Assembly: GCA_052386995.1 (NCBI GenBank)
Contig: JBQTJP010000160.1
Location: 1 to 38,788, forward strand
Direction: 5' to 3'
Source: Armatimonadota bacterium
GTDB lineage: Bacteria > Sysuimicrobiota > Sysuimicrobiia > Sysuimicrobiales > Humicultoraceae
Length of the DNA: 38,788 bases
Shown: positions 1-8,128 of the stretch, in pieces
Position numbering within the stretch: position 1 is the first letter of the stretch
Layout: every line of letters begins with the position of its first letter
Position numbers and translations under genes: made by a program
The notes under the pieces: model-generated
What the model saw: only the letters and a program-made list of their open reading frames with translations
Told to the model about the DNA's origin: nothing
Database searches by the model: none

Positions 1-106
1 ACGCCAGGATCGGCACGCCGAGGACCTCGACCATGGGTTTGGGCCGGTCCTCGGTGAAGGGTCGTAGCCGTTCGCCCCGTCCGCCGGCCAAGATGATCGC
101 GTGCAC
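1..106 (-). CDS. Nucleotidyltransferase family protein (sugar-phosphate NTP transferase), N-terminus only; runs off the window
   Basis: Own translation from GTG at 106: MHAIILAGGRGERLRPFTEDRPKPMVEVLGVPILA, with the LAGGxGxRL..P..PKP signature. Too short for the ORF track. Confidence 0.85.
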   Translation of the reverse strand, partial: MHAIILAGGRGERLRPFTEDRPKPMVEVLGVPILA

Positions 107-163
107 TCATCCACCTGCCCTGTGAGAACGACTCACAGTCAGAATATTGGAGACGACACGGAA

Positions 164-192
164 TCGCAAGTCGACCGCCAGCATGTTAGAAT
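164..192 (+). promoter_or_regulatory. Putative sigma70/SigA promoter of the T-box-hisS operon
   Basis: Extended -10 TGtTAGAAT (184-192); weak -35 TCGCAA (164-169) at 17 nt spacing; directly upstream of T-box stem I. Confidence 0.6.
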
Positions 193-218
193 AGCCTCCA
201 GTTCGCCAGGGTCGTATC

Positions 219-485
219 GGCGACGAAGGGCTGAGTAGGTACCCGGTCCTTTCCAGAGAGGGGACGTCCCGCTCACGCGGGCTGAGAGCGCCCCAGGCTG
301 CCCGGGTCCGAACGACACCCCTGAGCCGACGCGCATGTCGTCCAAACGGGGCGGCACGGCGTCCGGGTTCGCCCGTGAACGCGACGAGGGTCCGCCGGTT
401 CAAATGCGACCGGCGGGAACCAGGGTGGCACCGCGGGAGGCGCCTGACGCTCTCGTCCCTGTGGGACGGGGGCGTTGTTCTTTTT
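219..485 (+). promoter_or_regulatory. T-box riboswitch (transcriptional attenuator), most likely Asp-specific
   Basis: K-turn GA motifs (225-226, 323-324), AGTA (234-237), AGAGAG bulge, GCTGAGA apical loop (281-287), specifier loop GAACGACAC (310-318), stem II, IIA/B pseudoknot (GTTC/GAAC), stem III, T-box AACCAGGGTGGCACCGCG (418-435), then a terminator; lies upstream of aminoacyl-tRNA synthetase genes. Confidence 0.95.
446..485 (+). terminator. T-box leader intrinsic terminator
   Basis: GACGCTCTCGTCCC-tgt-GGGACGGGGGCGTT hairpin followed by GTTCTTTTT; its 5' arm (TCGTCCC) can alternatively pair with the T-box antiterminator. Confidence 0.9.
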
Positions 486-517
486 GACCGAGCGACGGTA
501 CGGCGGAGGGCTGGGTA

Positions 518-1819
518 GTGTCGGACGAGGCACGGAGCAAGAAGGAAGCGGTCCAGGTGCCGCGCGGCATGCGCGACATCTTGCCCGGCGAGGTCGAGCG
601 CTGGCAGGCGGTGGAGGCCGCCGTGCACGAGCTTTCAGCGATCTATGGCTTTCGTGAGATCCGCACGCCCATCGTGGAGCACGCAGAGGTGTTCCTGCGA
701 ACCGTCGGCGAGGCCACCGACATGGCCGAGAAGGAAATGTACACGTTCGCCGACCGGGGAGGCCGCACGCTTGCGCTACGGCCCGAAGGCACCGCCGCGG
801 TCGTGCGAGCCTACCTGCAGCATGGGGGTGCGTCGTGGCCGCAACCCGTGAAACTCTATTACATTGGACCGATGTTCCGCTACGATCGCCCGCAGGAAGG
901 CCGTTATCGGCAGCACGTGCAGTTCGGCGCCGAGATCATCGGCGCGAGCGGACCCGCAGCCGATGCCGAGGTTCTCAGTCTTCCCATCCGGCTGATGCAG
1001 CGCCTGGGGCTGACGGATATCGAAGTGCATCTGAACAGCGTCGGCGATCCCGTCTGCCGGCCGAAGTACATCGAGGCGCTCCGAGCGTACTTCACCGGGC
1101 ATCTCGACGCCCTCTGCGCCGATTGCCAGCGGCGATTGGACAAGAATCCCCTCCGCGTGCTCGACTGCAAGCGTGAAGGCTGCCACGCCGTGGCGCGCGG
1201 CGCGCCGACGATCTTCGATTATCTCGATCCGGCCTGTCGCGCGCACTACGAGGGCGTGCGGGCGCAGTTCGATGTCCTGGGCATTCGCTATGTCCTCGAC
1301 CCGTTCATTGTGCGCGGCCTCGACTACTATACCCGCACGGCCGTCGAGGTCTTCTCCGGGAGGCTTGGGGCCCAGAACGCGATGTTCGGAGGCGGCCGCT
1401 ATGATGGCCTGGCCGAGCAACTCGGAGGCCGGCCGACGCCGGGTGTGGGGTTTGGGTTCGGCCTCGATCGACTGCTCCTCGTGCTCGAGAAGGAAGGGCT
1501 TGCGGTTCCCGAGATCCGCCGCGGACTCGACGCGTACGTGATCACCGTCGGGGACGCCGCAGGCCGCGAAGGCGTCCGGCTCGTCGACGAGTTGCGAGGG
1601 GCGGGCATCTCGGCCGATCACGACCTGCTCGCACGCGGCGTCAACGCACAGATGCGGCATGCAGATCGTCTCGGCGCACGGATGGCGCTGATCCTGGGAG
1701 ACGAGGAACTGGCGGCCGGAGAAGTCACGGTGCGCACGCTCGCGACCGGCGAAGAGCGGCGCGTGCCGCGTGCCGCGGTTGCCTCCTCGGTGCGGGAGAG
1801 ACGCGGAACCAAGGAATGA
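518..1819 (+). CDS. hisS: Histidine--tRNA ligase
   Basis: PRGMRD, LRPEGTA, FRYDRPQEGRYRQ, VRGLDYY and GGGRYDGL motifs; GGAGG Shine-Dalgarno before GTG. Confidence 0.98.
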   Translation: MSDEARSKKEAVQVPRGMRDILPGEVERWQAVEAAVHELSAIYGFREIRTPIVEHAEVFLRTVGEATDMAEKEMYTFADRGGRTLALRPEGTAAVVRAYLQHGGASWPQPVKLYYIGPMFRYDRPQEGRYRQHVQFGAEIIGASGPAADAEVLSLPIRLMQRLGLTDIEVHLNSVGDPVCRPKYIEALRAYFTGHLDALCADCQRRLDKNPLRVLDCKREGCHAVARGAPTIFDYLDPACRAHYEGVRAQFDVLGIRYVLDPFIVRGLDYYTRTAVEVFSGRLGAQNAMFGGGRYDGLAEQLGGRPTPGVGFGFGLDRLLLVLEKEGLAVPEIRRGLDAYVITVGDAAGREGVRLVDELRGAGISADHDLLARGVNAQMRHADRLGARMALILGDEELAAGEVTVRTLATGEERRVPRAAVASSVRERRGTKE

Positions 1820-3099
1820 GCGTGGCCACGATTCCCAGGACGCTCGCGCGCGAGGTGAGTGCGACCGCCGGCCTTCTGCGTCTGCAGGGAAGCGTGCATG
1901 CGATCCGCCGCCTGGGCGGCATGACCTTTTTCATCTTGCGGGATCGCTCGGGAACGATTCAGGTCGTGACCCGCGGCAAGGACGACCTGCCGCTGGAATC
2001 CATCGTGGAGGTCTTTGGGCGCGCGCAACACGACGAGCGGGCTCCGGGGGGAGTGGAGATCGCAACCGAGGAGATCACGGTCCTGGCGAGTCCTGCCGCG
2101 CCCCTGCCGTTTGACATCAGCAAGCCGGCGCTGGCGGCCAGTCTGGAGACGGTGCTCGACCACCGCTCGCTGAGCCTGCGCCATCCGTCCGTGCGCAGCC
2201 TCTTTCGGATCGTCTCGGCACTCGTTGCCGGCTTCCGCCGGCATCTCGATGTCCAGGGGTTCACCGAGATCCACACGAGCAAACTTGTCGCCGCGGCAAC
2301 CGAGGGCGGCGCAAATGTGTTCAGGGTGGACTATGGCGAGCGTCCCGCCTTTCTCGCACAGAGTCCGCAGCTGTACAAACAGATCTGCGTGGGCGCGTTC
2401 GAGCGCGTCTTCGAGGTCGGGCCGGTCTACCGCAACGAGCCGCACGAAACGACCCGGCATCTCAACGAGTACACCAGCCTGGATGTCGAGATGGGGTTCA
2501 CCGACCTGGACGGACTCCTCGAGCTGGAGACCGAACTGCTCGCCGCGATGCTGCAGTCCGTCGGCGCCGGGGCCGGTGATGCGCTCGATGCGCTGGGCGT
2601 GACCCTGCCCTCGATCACGCGCATCCCTCGGGTGCACCTCGCGGAGGCGCGGCGCCGTCTTGGCCGCGCGGGGCGGTCGTATGCGCCCGACGACGATCTG
2701 GATCCCGAGGGCGAGCGGATCCTGGGGCAGCAGATGGCCGACGAAGGGCACGATTTCGTCTTCGTGACGCACTATCCGGCCGCGGCCCGTCCGTTTTACG
2801 CGCTGCCCGATCCGGAGAACCCTGGCGCGACGCTCTCCTTCGATCTTCTCTTCCGCGGCCTCGAGGTCACGACCGGAGGGATGCGCATCCACAATCACGC
2901 GCAACTTCTGGCAAGCATGGCGCGCCGCGGGCTCGCCCCGGACCCGTTTTCCGGCTATCTGGAGGCGTTCGCCTGCGGCATGCCGCCGCACGGCGGCTTT
3001 GCCATCGGGCTGGAGCGACTCACGGCTCAACTGTGCGGGATTCAGAACATCCGGTGGGCGACGCTCTTCCCGCGCGATCGCCGCCGGCTGACGCCGTAG
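1816..3099 (+). CDS. aspS: Archaeal-type (short) aspartate--tRNA(Asp/Asn) ligase, predicted non-discriminating
   Basis: 427 aa, OB-fold N-terminus, LAQSPQLYKQ, YRNEPH.T.RHLNEY, PPHGGFAIGLER; no GAD insertion; His (VHAIR) and Pro (RAPGG) at the non-discriminating positions; ATGA overlap with hisS. Confidence 0.92.
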   Translation: MSVATIPRTLAREVSATAGLLRLQGSVHAIRRLGGMTFFILRDRSGTIQVVTRGKDDLPLESIVEVFGRAQHDERAPGGVEIATEEITVLASPAAPLPFDISKPALAASLETVLDHRSLSLRHPSVRSLFRIVSALVAGFRRHLDVQGFTEIHTSKLVAAATEGGANVFRVDYGERPAFLAQSPQLYKQICVGAFERVFEVGPVYRNEPHETTRHLNEYTSLDVEMGFTDLDGLLELETELLAAMLQSVGAGAGDALDALGVTLPSITRIPRVHLAEARRRLGRAGRSYAPDDDLDPEGERILGQQMADEGHDFVFVTHYPAAARPFYALPDPENPGATLSFDLLFRGLEVTTGGMRIHNHAQLLASMARRGLAPDPFSGYLEAFACGMPPHGGFAIGLERLTAQLCGIQNIRWATLFPRDRRRLTP

Positions 3100-3112
3100 C
3101 GGGAGCCGGCGC

Positions 3113-4873
3113 ATGCGCACCCATGCATGTGGCATCCTCCGCGCAGAGCACGTCGGGGCCGACGTCCGCCTGGCCGGGTGGGTGCATCGACGCCGCGATC
3201 TGGGCGGCCTGATCTTCCTCGATCTGCGGGACCGCACGGGCATCGTGCAGGTCGTGATCAACCCCGAGGAAGCCTCCGAGGCGGCGAGGGCCGCCGAGAC
3301 AGTGCGCGCGGAGTTCGTCGTCGGTGTCGACGGCCGTGTAGAACGGCGGCCGGCCGGCACGGTCAACCCTCGTCTGGCGACCGGAGAGATCGAAGTGCGG
3401 GCACGCACCGTCGACGTGGTTGTGCCGGCGCTGACACCGCCGTTTGCGCCGGCTGACGACGCCGGCGTCGACGAAGCCCTGCGCCTTCGGTACCGGTTCC
3501 TCGACCTCCGGCGTCCCCGGATGTACCGCAACCTCGAGTTCAGGCACCGAGTGGCGATGGCGACGCGCGAGACCCTCGACCGGCTCGGCTTCATCGAAGT
3601 CGAGACGCCGATGCTCATCCGGAGCACGCCCGAAGGCGCGCGCGACTTCCTCGTGCCGAGCCGGCTGCACGCCGGAAAGTTCTACGCCCTGCCGCAGTCA
3701 CCGCAACTGTTCAAGCAGCTCCTCATGGTGGCGGGCGTCGACCGCTACTTCCAGATCGCTCGGTGTTTCCGCGACGAGGACCTGCGCGCCGATCGCCAGC
3801 CCGAGTTCACCCAGATCGACATCGAGATGAGCTTTGTAGAACAGTCCGACATCCTGGATGTGACCGAAGAGATGACCGGCGCCGTTTTGGAGCGGGTGCT
3901 GGGTGTTACGGTCGCCCGGCCATTTCCCCGGCTGTCGTACGAGGCGGCCATGCTGCGGTTTGGTTCCGACAAGCCCGACCTCCGGGTGGATCTGGAGATT
4001 GTCGACCTGACCGATCTGGCCGCGGACAGCGGCGTGAACCGGTTTGCGCAGGCGACATCGGGTGGCGGAGTGCTACGCGCGCTGCGCGTGCCGGGGCGCG
4101 CGGGGGCCACGCGACGCGAGATAGACGCTCTTACTGAAGTTGCGCGGGCGGCGGGCGCGCCGGGACTGGCGACGCTCGCGCTCACCCCCGGTGGGCCGCG
4201 GGGCGCGTTTGCCGCGCATCTGCCGGAAGGCGTGCTCGCGGCGATGAGCGAGCGGACCGGCGCCCGCGAGGGGGATCTGCTGCTGTTTGTCGCCGGCGAC
4301 GCGCGCGTCGCGGCCGAGACGCTGGGCCGGCTGCGCCTCGATGTGGCCGAACGGTTCGGCCTGCGGCGCGACGACGGCGCGCTGCGCTTCGTGTGGGTCA
4401 CGGGCTTCCCGCTGGTCGAGTACAATCAGGAGGAGCGCCGTTTCGTCGCCGTCCATCATCCCTTCACCGCGCCCGTGGATGAGGACCGGCCGCTCCTCGA
4501 TTCCGCGCCCGATAGGGCGCGCGCCAAGGCCCATGATTTGGTGCTCAACGGCACCGAATTGGGTGGAGGCAGCGTCCGCATCCACGAGCGGGCGCTGCAA
4601 GAGCAGATCTTCCGCCTGCTCGGGATCGCGCCCGAGCAGGCCCAGGAGCGATTTGGATTCCTCCTCGATGCGCTGCAGTACGGGGCTCCACCCCACGGGG
4701 GGATCGCGCTCGGACTGGACCGGTTCGTGATGCTTCTGGCCGGGGAGACCACGATTCGAGAGGTCATTGCGTTTCCGAAGACCGCGAGCGCGACTGACCT
4801 GCTAACCGGCGCCCCGAGCGCGGTTGATGCCGACCTGCTGCGGGAGTTGCACATCCGCGTCGTAGAGGACTGA
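3113..4873 (+). CDS. aspS: Bacterial-type aspartate--tRNA ligase with GAD insertion domain
   Basis: MRTHACG, TPEGARDFLVPSR, LPQSPQLFKQ, FRDEDLRADRQPEFTQ, HHPFT, GAPPHGGIALGLDR; 586 aa. Confidence 0.98.
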   Translation: MRTHACGILRAEHVGADVRLAGWVHRRRDLGGLIFLDLRDRTGIVQVVINPEEASEAARAAETVRAEFVVGVDGRVERRPAGTVNPRLATGEIEVRARTVDVVVPALTPPFAPADDAGVDEALRLRYRFLDLRRPRMYRNLEFRHRVAMATRETLDRLGFIEVETPMLIRSTPEGARDFLVPSRLHAGKFYALPQSPQLFKQLLMVAGVDRYFQIARCFRDEDLRADRQPEFTQIDIEMSFVEQSDILDVTEEMTGAVLERVLGVTVARPFPRLSYEAAMLRFGSDKPDLRVDLEIVDLTDLAADSGVNRFAQATSGGGVLRALRVPGRAGATRREIDALTEVARAAGAPGLATLALTPGGPRGAFAAHLPEGVLAAMSERTGAREGDLLLFVAGDARVAAETLGRLRLDVAERFGLRRDDGALRFVWVTGFPLVEYNQEERRFVAVHHPFTAPVDEDRPLLDSAPDRARAKAHDLVLNGTELGGGSVRIHERALQEQIFRLLGIAPEQAQERFGFLLDALQYGAPPHGGIALGLDRFVMLLAGETTIREVIAFPKTASATDLLTGAPSAVDADLLRELHIRVVED

Positions 4874-4924
4874 GAGGCCGGCGGCTCGAAGTACCCAGGA
4901 CAGGGTACACATAGTACCAGCAGG

Positions 4925-5108
4925 GTTCTCTGCCGTGTTCGAGGCGGGCCGGAAGCTCCGATCCAACACCTAAGTTCCGGGAGCCCCGGCTCCGGCGGCC
5001 AAGGCAGGGCTGGCGGGCAGTAAACGCTGGCTAGCCTGAGCGGCTGGGAGGGCACCCACCTGCGACGCAGGGTTTGGGAGCTTCGTCCCGTACGGCACGG
5101 CGGAGGAC
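4925..5108 (+). ncRNA. ssrS: 6S RNA
   Basis: About 184 nt; closing stem GTTCTCTGCCGTG (4925-4937) pairs with CACGGCGGAGGAC (5096-5108); internal CCAACACC..GGGAGC and GGGCACCCACCTG blocks typical of Terrabacterial 6S; position after aspS and before rarA matches the Firmicutes locus. Confidence 0.85.
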
Positions 5109-5115
5109 GAATGTG

Positions 5116-5157
5116 GATGGGCGGTCGGCGGGCTTCCCGCGGCCGCCCGTCGGCTTT
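5116..5157 (+). terminator. Hairpin, probable terminator of the aspS/6S transcript
   Basis: GATGGGCGGTC-G-GCGGG-ctt-CCCGC-GGCCGCCCGTC long GC stem followed by a short GGCTTT tail. Confidence 0.55.
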
Positions 5158-5192
5158 CCGTGCGTGCCTTTCGTCTTGGGCCATGGGCGGCA

Positions 5193-5201
5193 TGCTACGA
5201 T
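5193..5201 (+). promoter_or_regulatory. Extended -10 promoter element for rarA
   Basis: TGcTACGAT ending 7 nt before the GTG at 5209. Confidence 0.55.
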
Positions 5202-5208
5202 AGGCGTG

Positions 5209-6585
5209 GTGGCCCTGTTCGAACACACCGGAGAACCCAGCACGACGACGCCGCTTGCCGCCCGCATGCGGCCGCAGGCGTTGGACGAGTTCGTGGGACA
5301 GGAGCGTCTGGTCGGTCCCGGCCGGGCGTTGCGCGCGGCGATCGAAGCCGACCAGGTCCACAGCCTGATCCTCTTTGGCCCTCCGGGAACCGGCAAGACC
5401 TCGCTCGCGCATCTGGTGGCGGCCTCGACGCGCTCACACGTCGAGCATGTGAACGCGGTGACCGCGGGGGTCGCGGACCTGAAGCGGATCATCGCGGAGG
5501 CTCGCGACCGCCGGAAGTTTCACCAGAAACGGACGCTGCTGATCATCGACGAGATCCACCGGTTCAACAAGGCGCAGCAGGACGTGCTTCTGCCTCACGT
5601 CGAGGACGGCACGGTCATCCTGATCGGCGCCACGACCGAGAACCCCTTCTACGAAGTCAACGCGACCCTCGTGTCGCGGTCCAGGGTGGCTCAGCTCGAG
5701 CCGCTCGACGATGAGGCGATACGGACGATCCTCACGCGCGCGGTGACCGAGCCTCGCGGGCTCGGCGAGGCGCGCGTGGACGTCGATCCCGATGCGATGG
5801 CCCACCTGATCACGATCAGCAACGGCGATGCCCGGGTGGCGCTCAATGTTCTGGAGGCCGCGGCCGCGGTGGCGCCGCAGGTCGACGGCAGACGGCGCAT
5901 CACCACGACCGTGGCCGTTGACGCCAGCCAGCGTCGGGCCCTGCTGTACGACAGGGAAGGAGACGCCCACTACGATACGATCTCTGCGTTCATCAAGAGT
6001 TTGCGGGGGTCGGACCCCGATGCGGCGGTGTACTGGCTGGCCCGGATGATCGCGAACGGGGAAGATGCCAGGTACATCGCGCGCCGCATGGTCGTGCACG
6101 CGGCCGAGGATGTCGGGATGGCCGATCCGATGGCGCTGGTTGTGGCCACGGCCGCCGCGCATGCCGTCGAGTACGTCGGTCTGCCCGAGGCCCGCATCCC
6201 ATTGGCGGAGGCGGCCATCTACATCGCGACGGCGCCGAAGAGCAACGCGGTCGTGCGGGCGATCGGCGACGCCATGCGCGACGTCGAGGAGCGCCGCGCC
6301 GACCCGGTGCCCAGACACCTGCGGGATGCGAGCCATCCGCAGGCCGCGCGGCGGCTGGGGCATGGTGTCGGCTATCAGTATCCGCACGACCACCCGGGCG
6401 GCTTCGTCCCGCAAGAGTACCGGCCGCCGGCGCTCGAAGGGCGCCGGTACTACCGCCCCACGACGCACGGCGCTGAGGACGCTGTGCGCCGCCGTCTTGC
6501 TGAGTGGTGGGGCCCCCCGCCTGACGACCCGGCGGCGGAGACTGCACCTCCGGAAGAGGCTCCACCTCCAAAGAAGAAGCGGTGA
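5209..6585 (+). CDS. rarA: Replication-associated recombination protein A (RarA/MgsA AAA+ ATPase)
   Basis: PLAARMRP, Walker A GPPGTGKT, IDEIHRFNKAQQD, GATTENP, HYDTISAFIKSLRGSDPDAA. Start moved from 5074 (inside 6S RNA) to GTG 5209; 5206 is an alternative. Confidence 0.96.
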   Translation: MALFEHTGEPSTTTPLAARMRPQALDEFVGQERLVGPGRALRAAIEADQVHSLILFGPPGTGKTSLAHLVAASTRSHVEHVNAVTAGVADLKRIIAEARDRRKFHQKRTLLIIDEIHRFNKAQQDVLLPHVEDGTVILIGATTENPFYEVNATLVSRSRVAQLEPLDDEAIRTILTRAVTEPRGLGEARVDVDPDAMAHLITISNGDARVALNVLEAAAAVAPQVDGRRRITTTVAVDASQRRALLYDREGDAHYDTISAFIKSLRGSDPDAAVYWLARMIANGEDARYIARRMVVHAAEDVGMADPMALVVATAAAHAVEYVGLPEARIPLAEAAIYIATAPKSNAVVRAIGDAMRDVEERRADPVPRHLRDASHPQAARRLGHGVGYQYPHDHPGGFVPQEYRPPALEGRRYYRPTTHGAEDAVRRRLAEWWGPPPDDPAAETAPPEEAPPPKKKR

Positions 6586-6590
6586 TTCTG

Positions 6591-6620
6591 TAGACACTTC
6601 TGCGGCAGGCCTGTTACGAT
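6591..6620 (+). promoter_or_regulatory. Putative sigma70 promoter of mnmA
   Basis: TAGACA (6591-6596), 18 nt, TACGAT (6615-6620) with extended TG. Confidence 0.65.
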
Positions 6621-6660
6621 CAGGGCGTCATTTTAACGATCGCGTGTTGGTGATGACCTG

Positions 6661-7773
6661 ATGGCGAAGATCGCCGTCGCGATGAGCGGCGGAGTCGACA
6701 GCGCGGTGGCCGCCGCCCTGCTCGTCGAGCAGGGACACGAGGTCATTGGGCTGACGATGAACCTCTGGCCGTCGTGGCTGCAGGAGCCCGAGGGCAACGT
6801 CCAGACCTGCTGCGGGATCGGCGCGATCGACGACGCGCGCGCGACCGCACGTGCCCTGGAGATTCGTCACTACGTCCTCAATCTCCGTGAGGAGTTTGAG
6901 CGCGCGGTCATCGACTATTTCTGCGATGAGTACGCCAAGGGGCGCACGCCCAATCCCTGCATCGCCTGCAATCAAGCGATCAAGTTCAAAGTGCTGCTCG
7001 ACAGAGTGGAAGGTCTCGGCTGCGAGGCCCTGGCCACCGGTCACTACGCCCGCATCGACCGCGACGCGGCGACCGGACGGTTCGTGCTCCTGCGCGCCGC
7101 CGATCCCATCAAGGATCAGTCCTACGTGCTCTACGGGCTCACGCAGGCGCAACTGAGCCGCGTGCGGTTTCCGGTCGGCGACTACCGCAAGGACGAGATT
7201 CGGGCGCTCGCGCGCCGCTTTGGACTCCCGGTGGCCGACAAGCCCGACAGCCAGGAGATCTGCTTCGTCCCTGCGGGACACTACGGCGATCTGGTCACCG
7301 CGCGCCGGCCGCAGGCCGCGCGCCCGGGACCGATCGTTGATCGAACGGGCGCGGTCGTGGGGACGCACGACGGCATCGCGAGGTACACGGTCGGGCAGCG
7401 TCGCGGGCTGGGTCTGACCGGGACCGCGCCCCAGTACGTCGTCGACATCGACGCCGTCCGCAACACGCTCGTCGTCGGCGCTGGCTCCGATCTGCTCCGC
7501 ACACGCGTCCGGCTCGACCGGGTAAGCTGGATCGTTCCGGACCCGCGACCGGGTGGCTACCCGCTCGCGGGTGCCCAGGTGACCGTGCGGATCCGACATG
7601 CGGCGGCCGATGTCCCCGCGACCCTGACGGTGCTGCCGAACGGCACCGTCGACGTGACATTCGCCTCTGTGCAGCGCGCGGCGGCGCCCGGGCAGGCGGT
7701 GGCCTTCTATGATGACGAGCGAGTTCTCGGCGGGGGTATCATCATAGAGAGTGGGGAACAGAACTCTGAGTGA
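6661..7773 (+). CDS. mnmA: tRNA U34 2-thiouridylase MnmA
   Basis: PP-loop SGGVDS, TPNPCIACN, ATGHYAR, KDQSY, DSQEICF, YTVGQRRGL, PGQAVAFY. Confidence 0.98.
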   Translation: MAKIAVAMSGGVDSAVAAALLVEQGHEVIGLTMNLWPSWLQEPEGNVQTCCGIGAIDDARATARALEIRHYVLNLREEFERAVIDYFCDEYAKGRTPNPCIACNQAIKFKVLLDRVEGLGCEALATGHYARIDRDAATGRFVLLRAADPIKDQSYVLYGLTQAQLSRVRFPVGDYRKDEIRALARRFGLPVADKPDSQEICFVPAGHYGDLVTARRPQAARPGPIVDRTGAVVGTHDGIARYTVGQRRGLGLTGTAPQYVVDIDAVRNTLVVGAGSDLLRTRVRLDRVSWIVPDPRPGGYPLAGAQVTVRIRHAAADVPATLTVLPNGTVDVTFASVQRAAAPGQAVAFYDDERVLGGGIIIESGEQNSE

Positions 7774-7794
7774 CCATGTGAGGAGATGAGACCG

Positions 7795-8124
7795 ATGGCG
7801 AACCGCTCCGACTTCGTAGCAGGCTTCATCCTTGGTGGGTTGCTTGGGACCGCGCTTGCGCTGCTGTTCGCGCCCCGCACGGGCGAAGAGACCCGCGACC
7901 GCTTGGCGGACTCGGCGGAGGAGGCGCGGGAGCGCGCCCGGGAACGCGCCGACGAGGTCCTCAAAAAGGTCCGCATCGCCGCGGATGACATGGCACAACG
8001 CAGCAAATCGAAGTTCGACGAGAGCGCATCCCGCATCCGCGAGGTCATCGAGCGCGGCCGCGAGACCTTTGAGGAAAAGGCCCGCGAGTACCAGAATCGC
8101 GGCGAGGAGCGCCCGGAAGGGTAA
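7795..8124 (+). CDS. YtxH-domain protein
   Basis: FVAGFILGGLLGTALALLFAPRTGEETR signature followed by a charged coiled coil; GAGGAG SD. Confidence 0.9.
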   Translation: MANRSDFVAGFILGGLLGTALALLFAPRTGEETRDRLADSAEEARERARERADEVLKKVRIAADDMAQRSKSKFDESASRIREVIERGRETFEEKAREYQNRGEERPEG

Positions 8125-8128
8125 CTGT

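Noticed and set aside
107..657. Short ORFs over the hisS leader
   Set aside because: The region is explained by the promoter and the T-box RNA.
1618..3627. Long antisense ORFs (also 5434-6597, 6628-7998, 16777-18261, 20590-22254, 22625-24142, 37115-38686)
   Set aside because: Stop-poor shadow frames expected opposite real genes in high-GC DNA; no recognisable motifs.
7832..8128. 99-aa N-terminal extension of the CCA enzyme
   Set aside because: Out-of-frame overlap with the well-supported ytxH gene; low-complexity Arg/Ser/Ala sequence.
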